This document shows, in pieces, positions 54,601 through 64,000 of a stretch of 64,000 nucleotides of DNA. Source of the DNA: Octopus vulgaris (Eukaryota); NCBI GenBank assembly GCA_951406725.2, contig OX597821.1, positions 75,206,001 through 75,270,000 on the forward strand, written 5' to 3'. Both the position numbers and the translations under genes were made by a program. Numbering within the stretch: position 1 is the stretch's first letter; each line of letters begins with the position of its first letter. Below the pieces are notes generated by a model. That model searched no databases and was not told the DNA's origin. It saw only the letters and a program-made list of their open reading frames with translations.

Positions 54601-55620
54601 GGTAGATCCTGTCTCCTCTCATCACACCCGAACTTCTACGGATTCTACCTGTCTTCTCTCATCACTCACCAACATCTACTGGACTTTCTACACTTCCGTA
54701 GTACCTCCCCTGCCTATGGATTACACTGGACCTCTCTGTTGATGTATATATATACATATATATGTATGGTTATGTATGGTTATGTAAATGTAAATACAAA
54801 TATACATCCATACACATACGCATATAGCTATGCATTTATACAATACAATCACATGCGTGTGCGCGCATATGGATGTATGCATGTATGTGTTTGTGATTAC
54901 ACATGTGTGTATGTGTGTGTTTGCATGTGTATACATGTACAAATATGATTGAAAAGTTTTCTCAAGCAGTAAGAAGAACCAAGTAAGATGTAGCTGTGAC
55001 AGGTTAAGCATCTTAATGTTATGTTTCGTGGTTCCCTTTCTTCGGCATCAGTCTCGTGTACCTTACAATCGTTCCTACTGCATTCGTTTAAACGTCCGAC
55101 ATCAGTCTCCCCCCCCTCCAGACATTCAAGGATCACTACCATAATAAAGTGTCGTTCGTGCGAGTTCAAATTCCGCCGAGGTCTGGATGTGTTATGTGCT
55201 TATGGATTCATTATAAACCGTATCATTCAGTCTGCTATAATGAATCCATAAAGACATATAAAACATCCAAAGTTATATTTTTTCCCCTCTGAAGATATTA
55301 TGCTCAGGTCATATAAATTTAATATTTGCTTAATATTTACTGAGTATTAATTGGAACAGCTGTAAGTTAGTTTGTTGTTAATAATAAACAATTATTAACC
55401 TCCCAATCTTCATTTTCTTTTTCTTCTTATATATGAAAATAAACTATGTTTTATATGTATACCTATTATCATAAGGAAATTAATTCCCCCAAAATACTAG
55501 GTATTGAGCCAGTATTTCCTTTGATGAAACCATCCCTTCATGAGGTTAACCCAACCTCCAATCGAAATGATTGAAGCAAATAAATAAATAAGAGAATATA
55601 TAGTCGTGGCTGTGCGTATA

Positions 55621-55985
55621 GGCGCAGGCGTGGCTGTGTGATAACAATTTTGCGTACCAACCACATAGATCGGAGTTCAGTCTAACTGCTAGGCACACTG
55701 CTCAAGTGACTTCTGGTCTAGCCTCAGGCAAAACCAAATCCTGGCGTGAGTGAATTCAACAGACGAAAACAAAGAAGGCCGTCGTACATATGTATCTATG
55801 TATGTGTCTGTGTGTATGTGTTTGTCACCTACAAACGCCTGTAACCTAGCGGTTCGGCAAATAACCGATAGAATAAGTATCAGGCTTAAATAATATGATA
55901 ACTGGTTTCGATATATTCGACTTAAATACTTCAAGGCGATGCTCCAGCAAGGCTGTAGACGAATGAGTGAAACGAGTAAAAGAAA
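55621..55985 (+). mobile_element. SINE family A, decayed
   Basis: ggcgcaggcgtggctgtgtg head ... gagtgaaacgagtaaaaga tail. Confidence 0.75.
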
Positions 55986-56730
55986 TGATAAAAGATATAT
56001 GCATATATCTGTGTGTGTGTGTGTCTATGTGTGTGAGAGAGTGTGTGTCTATGTTTGACTGTTGTATGCGTATTTCTTTGTAAATAGCTATATAGATCTT
56101 TATTTATTTTTTTTGCCAATACATTAATATCCCACAGTTATGTTAACAACATTTACAGTTATTGAAGCCACAGTTGGAATAAACATTCACAGACGGGGAA
56201 AAAGAATCGTGAAAAATCTATCAACGAAAGCAATAAAATATGGAAAAATATATAGAAAAAAAAAACATATATGAAAGTTTTATAACGCTTACATACGATA
56301 GCGTCATACAGGAATAAGAAAGAGAGAGAGCGGGGGAACGAATGTGGAAAGTTAAGACAGTTGTGCTTAGATTCGATGTGAGTGTTCGACAATAATATCC
56401 ATCTGCTAATACTTGGAGATCCGCTTGTTAGAGGAGATAACGTTAATAAGAACGACATCTGTCATCCAATAAATATGACTGTATCAATTACAGGAAGACG
56501 GATATAATCGCCCCACGCCATGAATTAGAACTCCGATCAGGTTTTGGGCCTTTTGCTCAGTCTATATGCGCACGCATACACACACGCACACACACACATG
56601 TGTGTATATATATGTATATATATATAGATATATGTATATGTATATATGAATATATATACACACACACATATATATTATGTGAGTGTATGTATGTATGTAT
56701 GTATACGTATGTATATATACATATATACAT

Positions 56731-56767
<37 letters not shown>

Positions 56768-57412
56768 AAGTGTTGTTATTTGGAGATATGTATCACGCTT
56801 TGTAAAAAGGATTCTGTTACACTTCACGCGTTTGTGTATATATTACACACACACGCGCACACACAAAAACACACTTACACACACACCCCGACACACACAC
56901 ACATGCACACACTCACACTCATACACACACATCTATATTGAGTCTGTAACACATCTCTCAAAATGACTATGTTCTGTTTTAAATATGCCTGTTTCTACGT
57001 GTGTGTAAGCTTATATATGCATATCTGTGTGTATACGTGTGTATACGTGTGTATACCTTTGTGTGTGTGTTTGTGTGTGTGTGTGTGGTGGTTCTTAATT
57101 AAGCTTTCATGATCCAGGAAGATGCTACTCAGAGTTCTTCCATCCACCTTTTAGTATAAACTTGCTCTCTTACAAGAAATATTTGGCGTTGGTTCTTCCA
57201 CGGGTAAGATGATTCTCAGTGGCTATATATGCACCATCTGATTGAATACGCAGTGAGCCAAGATGGATTTTGTTACTGGTCAAAACTAATTACTGTCGCG
57301 TAAATAAATACACCCAGACTAAACTTGCGGTCATCAATTGGCAGCTACATCAAAAATTTAGCGTTAGAAAAGACTGCAGGTTTGGGTGTATGAAAAATAT
57401 CTAGGAGTATCT

Positions 57413-57572
57413 AGGTGTGGCGGCGTGGTAAGTAGCTTGCTTACGAAACACATGGTTTCGGGTTCAGTCCCACTGCGTGGCACCTTGGGCAAGTGTCTTC
57501 TACTATAGCCTTGGGCCGACCAAGGTCTTGTGAGTGGATTTGGTAGACGGAAACTGAAAGAAGCCCGTCGCC

Positions 57573-57646
<74 letters not shown>

Positions 57647-57863
57647 TGTATCTATGTTTGTCATCCCAACATTGCTTGACAACCGATGCTGGTGTGTTTA
57701 CGTCCCTGTAACTTAGCGGTTCGGCAAAATAACTCGATAGAATAAGTACTAGGCTTCCAAAGAATAAGTCCTGGGGGCGATTTGCTCGACTAAAGGTGGT
57801 GCTCCAGCATGGCCGCAGTCAAGTGACTGAAACAAGTAAAGGTGTAAAAGAGGGTAAAAGAGT
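57413..57863 (+). mobile_element. SINE family A, full length
   Basis: gtggtaagtagcttgc...gggttcagtcccactgcgtggcaccttgggcaagtg...gactgaaacaagtaaa. Confidence 0.9.
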
Positions 57864-58339
57864 AGGTGTTACTAATGATGGCAACTAGATACTATTTCTG
57901 ATCTCTTCTCAATATCGATATTCCTTTTAATATAAGGATTTTTTTCTTTCATTTACGTTGATGTATGCAGTAACTTCGCCAGCAATACGCTGTGTTATGA
58001 AATATTTCCAATTGACTCTCTCCGGGTATTCGGGCGAATTGTAATAAAATGTTGGAAATTTCTTTGGTCCTTGATTTCAAAATGTATATTTACTTATATA
58101 ATATTGCCGTATTCTGAACACTTTCTAGGCATGTTTACAAAACGAAAATATAGAGTTGAAAATGAAAGAACGTATGCACCTTTATTCGTTAAAGATATAC
58201 AAACAACTAATGAGACTCCGCACCATGCAGCTCAGCAAAAGAAACTGAAAGTGTAATCAAGTGTATTGATCTATTGATGGCCATGTACAGATGTACAGAT
58301 TATAAAAACACAGCAAACGTTAAACCCACTACGAATATA

Positions 58340-58651
58340 CATAAGAACCTGAAGGGCTTCGAAACCGATAGCAGTCACAAACTGAGCTGTGATTCAAAGC
58401 TGCACCAGGAATACCTGTCTCCTTTTAGCTTTGGCTGACCTCAGTTTCGGGCAGTCTTCTCTGTCGCTAGCGTCAATGTGACTAAGTGGTCCTCATCATA
58501 AGAACCTGAAGGGCTTCGAAACCGATAGCAGTCACAAACTGAGCTGTGATTCAAAGCTGCACCAGGAATCCGTGTCTCCTTTTAGCTTTGGCTGACCTCA
58601 GTTTCAGGCAGTCTTCTCTGTCGCTAGCGTCAATGTGACTAAGTGGTCCTC
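58340..58651. repeat. 157-bp tandem duplication (2 copies)
   Basis: cataagaacctgaagggcttcgaaaccg... at 58340 and 58497, about 3 mismatches. Confidence 0.95.
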
Positions 58652-59034
58652 TTCCTCCAACAGGATGTAGAAATTTCCAAAATATGGCATTTGTGTAGCC
58701 TGTTGTACAGCACTATAGCAGTGGTACAAATCACCAAATTTCCTTTGACCAATAATTGTAGAGGTGACTAGGATGTGTCTCAAAAATCTCCTCTTTTGTC
58801 CTGCTCTCAAGAGATGATGTGCTTTGATCCGTCGTGAAAAACCCAATGTAAGTATCATCATGGTACTAAGATTCCCGATTTTGTCACTCTAGACAAGAAT
58901 GCCCAATCCTTACACCTTGACGATGGCAAGCTTTGCTGGCTGAAATATTGGCATGCCAGATGTTTCCTTTCAAAGATGATGAGAGGCGCTGCAAGCTAGT
59001 CCCTTCCTGTAAGAAACAAAGGGCCCAAGTTACC

Positions 59035-59285
59035 ATTTTGTCTGGCATGCTAACGATTCTGCCAGATCGCCGCTGGTAGAATCGTTAAGAAGACCGAGCA
59101 AAAATGCCTAGCGGCATTTTATCAATCTTAGTGCTCTGAGTTCGAATTCTGTCGCGATTTACTTTATCTTTTATCTTTTCGGAGTCGATAAAATAAATAG
59201 CAATTGAACTCCGGTGGTCGATGTAATTGACTTACAGTCTCACCGGAACATGCTGCTCTTGTGCAACAATTTGACATTAATACAG
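59035..59285 (+). mobile_element. Decayed family-B-related SINE preceded by an inverted head fragment
   Basis: gctaacgattctgccagatcgccg (minus-strand head) is followed directly by ctggtagaatcgttaag...ctgagttcgaattc...ggagtcgataaaataaa. Confidence 0.6.
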
Positions 59286-59549
59286 AAGGTTGGCGGACAA
59301 GGAGTATTGAGCAGAATATCGGGTTAAAACAACCTCTTGAGTGGAAATAAACAGAAGGCTGTTCGTCATACTTGAACCCCGTAATTCCCATGTGTACGTC
59401 AGATGATCTAAATATTACAAAAAAGTTAACCTTTAAATTGTCTTTATTTCTTTCAGAATTATACGTTGTTCAGTTTCTTGCAGTTTACTTTTCATATTAA
59501 TGGTTAGAACTTTTGTCATCTAGGTTCGAGTACCATAGGGAGTCTTCGA

Positions 59550-59812
59550 TTCATTATCCATTGAAAGCGTTTTGTAACCCAATATTTTCCACTCTTATCT
59601 ATAGCTTTATCTGCTTCGCGTTTCACTGTTAAAAATTATACGCTTAATATCTTCCATGATTTCTAATTTCTGATAGTTTATACATCCATCCACCCATACA
59701 TACATAAGTATGTATGTATGTATGTATGTATGTATGTATGTATGTATGTATGTATGTATATATATATATATATATATATTTCGTCTTTGGATATATATAC
59801 ACACACATATAT

Positions 59813-59884
<72 letters not shown>

Positions 59885-60139
59885 ATATATGTGTGTGTAT
59901 ATATATCCAAAGATGAAATATATATATATATATATATATACATACATACATACATACATACATACATACATACATACATACTTATGTATGTATGGGTGGA
60001 TGGATGTATAAACTATCAGAAATTAGAAATCATGGAAGATATTAAGCGTATAATTTTTAACAGTGAAACGCGAAGCAGATAAAGCTATAGATAAGAGTGG
60101 AAAATATTGGGTTACAAAACGCTTTCAATGGATAATGAA
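59550..60139. repeat. 590-bp near-perfect palindrome centred on (TA)n
   Basis: ttcattatccattgaaagcgttttgtaaccc... is mirrored by ...gggttacaaaacgctttcaatggataatgaa, including the internal microsatellites. Confidence 0.97.
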
Positions 60140-60163
60140 ATATATATATACATTCATAGATCC

Positions 60164-60212
<49 letters not shown>

Positions 60213-60222
60213 GGATCTATGA

Positions 60223-60257
<35 letters not shown>

Positions 60258-60286
60258 TATATATATATATATTCTATTAATTCTTT

Positions 60287-60669
60287 TATTCTTTTACATG
60301 TTTAAGTCATTTGACTGCGGCCACGCTGGAGCACCGCCTTTAGTAAGCAAATCGATCCCAGGAATATTCTTTCTAAGCCTAATACTTATTCTATCGGTGT
60401 ATTTTATCGAACTGCTAAGTTACAGGGACGTAAACACACCACCATCGGTTGGCAAGTGATGTTGAGGAGACAAACACAAACACACAAATATATACACACA
60501 TATACATATATGCAACGGGGTTCTTTCAGTCCGTTTACCAATTTCACTCACAAGGCTTTGGTGGGCCCGAGGATATAGTAGAAGATACTTGCCCAAGGGG
60601 CCACGCAGTGGGACTGAACCCGGAACTATGTGGTTGGTAAGCAAGCTACTCACCACACAGCCCCTCCTG
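60287..60669 (-). mobile_element. SINE family A
   Basis: gtcatttgactgcggccacgctggagcaccgcc ... gcaagctactcaccacacagcccctcctg. Confidence 0.88.
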
Positions 60670-60733
60670 TAAAAAATATATATGGATGTATGTTGTATGT
60701 ATGTATGTGTGTATGTGTGTATGTATGTATGTA

Positions 60734-60792
<59 letters not shown>

Positions 60793-61332
60793 GTATACAT
60801 ATACACGTGGATATGCTTTTACATACGTATACGCACACTGATATACATACATATATATGTGTGTGTGTGCGTATGTGAATATACACAGACAAAACGGAAG
60901 AGAGATGTGCAAGTTACTCATGTATTTTATTAAAAGAAAACAGTTATTAAATTATATAAATTCATTAAGAGGGAATTTTATTTTATTAAAATTTTATTAA
61001 GAGGGAATTTTATCAGTTTTCATATATATTTTCATCATATTTATTATCTTCATTCACATATGAGGGAAAAATTTAAGTGTTTTAGAGTGAAGACAAAAAT
61101 CATGAAATAGTTATTGGTCGCCTGTGTGTAGATTGTATGTGATTTTGTGTGTATTCACTGCACGGTTTGATGTGTAGGGAACACAATATCGATATGCCAT
61201 ATATACCATAACACTTGTGCGTGAGAATATGAATTAGTCTGTTTATTAATATTATCATTTAAGCCATTACTATATGTATATATATATATATCACATCGAA
61301 ACTAACTATGACGTAGTTTTTCCTCTCACACT

Positions 61333-61387
61333 GTCTCCGATGAAGGGATATTATTATTAATTAATATTCTAGAAACAGCTGTAAGAC
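61333..61387 (+). ncRNA. Type-I hammerhead ribozyme with palindromic stem III (CCGAUGA core variant)
   Basis: gtct-CCGATGA-A-GGGATATTA-loop-TAATATTCT-A-GAAAC-AGCT-GTA-agac. Stem I gtct/agac, 9-bp stem II, stem III ACAGCTGT, GUA triplet. Confidence 0.65.
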
Positions 61388-61455
61388 CTTCTATCTATAA
61401 ATGCTCTAATATCTATACAGCCCTGTTTTTTTATCTCATTAAGCAAAAAATTCAT

Positions 61456-61504
<49 letters not shown>

Positions 61505-61507
<3 letters not shown>

Positions 61508-61882
61508 ATATAAACGGCAGTTTGTCTGTGTGTGTTTCTGTGTGTCTGTTTGGTTGTACCCTCACCCTGACCACGGCTTTCAACCGATTCTGATGAAACT
61601 TGACACACACATAGCCCAATGTCATAATTCAAAACTAACGCAGCGGAAATTTTGAAAAGTTCCCCAGTTCTGAAAAAAATCGATAAATTCGACATGGGGT
61701 CGAGAATCAGAAACACAAACCACAGACTGTCTAGGGGACGCAACTCGACCTTTTTTAACTCTCAAAAAAAATTTACCATCATTTTTTTTCCATTTCTTTG
61801 CTATTTTTTGGCTATAACTCTCTAAAAATGCTTTATAGTTATTTCCCTTACAAACCTGAGCAACGCCGGGCGATACTGCTAG
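61505..61882 (+). mobile_element. Non-autonomous Helitron, second copy
   Basis: Nearly identical to 19175-19547; A|TC ... CCTGAGCAACGCCGGG ... CTAG|T, inserted in (TA)n. Confidence 0.9.
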
Positions 61883-62121
61883 TATATATATATATATCAA
61901 GAACAATCTTACTTAGAGATGGATGCGTGCGTTCAGTCATATATAAATAAATAAATAAAACATATGCACATATGCATATATATATATATGTACGTACCTA
62001 CCTCTACTTGTATATATACATACATATATGGGTACAGGACACCAAAAAAATGTCGAACACAATGAGCTCATTGTGTTATGTATATATGCATATGTATGTA
62101 TATATGTATATATGCATATGT

Positions 62122-62160
<39 letters not shown>

Positions 62161-62249
62161 GCGCGTACGTAGGCTTGCATGCATGTACACATGTACGATG
62201 TATGTATGTATATATAAGCAATAATTATAACAATAAAGAATATGGAGGC

Positions 62250-62631
62250 TGGTACATCCTTCAATTTTATTTTACTATGGTGTAACAAAAATAACATGCA
62301 GTTCAATGCTATGACATGTCAGACACTCTACCATCGGTCCAACAACAGGCTAAAATCAGAATACACTGGACCAGAAGGCAATACAATCCCTGAGTCAGAG
62401 TCGGTGCGTGACCTGGGGCTTCACATGAGCATGATGCAACATTCCATGTGTACTTTATTAAGTTGGCCACACTGTGCAGGCGAGTGGCTGGCTGGATTCT
62501 GAGGACTTTCAGAACCAGGAAAAGGGAAGCTCTGCTACTCCTATGGAGGACTTTCGTTCTCTTCTGCTTGGTCTACTGCTCCCAACTATGGTCCCAAGGG
62601 AATGTGAAACAAATAGTGGAACTCGAAGCAA
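62250..62631 (+). mobile_element. CR1-like LINE RT C-terminal fragment
   Basis: WCNKNNMQFN...ESVRDLGLHMS...AGWILRTFRTR....LLLWRTFV...YCSQLWS...ELEA. Confidence 0.85.
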
Positions 62632-62738
62632 CTACTGGGTTTACAAAGAATAAGTCCTGGGGGCGATTTGCTCGGCTAAAGGCGGTGCTCCAGCATGGCC
62701 ACAATCAAATGTGTCTGAAACAAGTAAAAGCGTAAAAG
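62632..62738 (+). mobile_element. SINE family A 3' fragment
   Basis: ttacaaagaataagtcctgggggcgatttgctc...ctgaaacaagtaaaagcgtaaaag. Confidence 0.8.
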
Positions 62739-62740
62739 GA

Positions 62741-62835
<95 letters not shown>

Positions 62836-62944
62836 ATATATATATATACACACACACACATACACACACACACACATATATATACATTCATACATACATA
62901 CATATATATACGTATACAAACATATATATATATATATACACACA

Positions 62945-62987
<43 letters not shown>

Positions 62988-63477
62988 CCACACACACGTA
63001 TACACGCTATTGTATGTGTTTGTGTTTGTGTGCAATTTATATAATTGTATTCTGAATAGCGATCTAAGAGAAACCGCGTATTGTTTTATATTTCTTCTTC
63101 ACTTGTTGGTTCAGCCTTCGCACAGGTGTGCTATAGATTTTTATGAAATAATTGTGAATGGCAGCTAATAATGTGTAAATAGTAGAAAGGCGAGTGTGGG
63201 AGAAAGTAAGTGTGTGGTAGACAATGTCCCTGTGCTATAGGGAAGCACTAGAGAGAGAGAGAGAGAGGGAGAGAGAGAGAGAGAGAGAGCAGGTGAGTGT
63301 GGGTGTGTGTAACTTTTGTATAGAAACACTCAAATGTGCCCCACCTGATTTAAGGCACGTAGTTAGAAAAACTGGGTGCTCTTCATGTCGCCCTGAAGCA
63401 TAAGTTGTGCACAACACTGCACTCTGTACATTCGCACACGCATTGTATTCCTATTTTCGGCGCTCTAATTGCTCTTT

Positions 63478-63762
63478 TGTGGTTGTTCCTTCTCGAGCCA
63501 TGCCTGGCTCATAAGGGCCGGTTTCCCGGTTTGCTATTGTGTATAGGTTCCCCACCTGGACGGGATGCCAGTCCGTTGCAGGAGAGCTGCAAGATGCAGG
63601 AGGAAAGAGTGAGAGAAAGTTGTGGCGACAGAGTCGGCAGACGTTCGCCATTACCTTCTGCTGGAGCCGCGTGGAGCTTAGGTGTTTCGCTCATAAACAC
63701 ACACATTGCCAGGTCTGAGATTCAAACCCGCTATCCCCCGATCGCGAATCCGCTGCTCTTAA
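63478..63762 (-). mobile_element. tRNA-derived SINE with V-like domain
   Basis: Minus-strand head ttaagagcagcggattcgcgatc...gggtttgaatctc; tgcaacggactggcatcccgtccaggtgggg and aaaccgggaaaccgg are shared with the SINE at 39500. Confidence 0.8.
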
Positions 63763-63782
63763 TTCGTCTTCCTGGTCTGATA

Positions 63783-63957
63783 CAAAGATTCTCAATAATA
63801 TTTTTTAAAAAATTCATGGACCCCTTTAATTCTTATTTTACTCGGATGGTCCTTCACAGCCATTTGATGCTTGTGTGTTATAGAAGGATAGTCAATTTAC
63901 TGCTCAAATCTTATATAGACAGCCAAAAGTCATATGGATTCCAATTGAAAACTACTA
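63783..63957. mobile_element. Decayed hAT MITE with 8-bp TSD
   Basis: caaagattctcaa / ttgaaaactacta resemble cagtggttctcaa TIRs; TSD gtctgata (63775-63782) and gtctaata (63958-63965). Confidence 0.6.
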
Positions 63958-64000
63958 GTCTAATACCAGTAATTGGCCCCTGTGTGTTTTACCTGAGTTC

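Overview
AT-rich eukaryotic (animal) DNA, intergenic or deep intronic. It is dense in microsatellites ((TA)n, (CA)n, (TATC)n, (TATG)n, (AAT)n, (CTT)n) and decayed transposable elements. The repeat families look like those of an octopod cephalopod genome (inference from recognition, not a search). I found no intact host gene, rRNA, tRNA gene or CRISPR array; almost all ORFs in the track are microsatellite artefacts or TE pseudogene pieces. Recognisable content: several tRNA-derived SINE families, mariner/Tc1/DD41D-like transposase pseudogenes, hAT MITEs with 8-bp TSDs, two copies of a non-autonomous Helitron, and RTE and CR1-like LINE fragments. Two microsatellite-associated retroelement groups stand out. 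(1) A ~10-kb same-orientation nest (about 22.0-31.9 kb) of R4/Dong-like RLE retrotransposon pieces ending in (AAT)n tracts, with an unclassified ~550-bp non-coding element in the same tracts and orientation. (2) Penelope-like pLTR fragments next to (TA)n tracts carrying minimal type-I hammerhead ribozyme motifs: seven candidates, several with variant cores and two forming an inverted pair. There is also a near-perfect 590-bp palindrome centred on (TA)n at 59550-60139. Coordinates were read by eye and ends of decayed elements are approximate.
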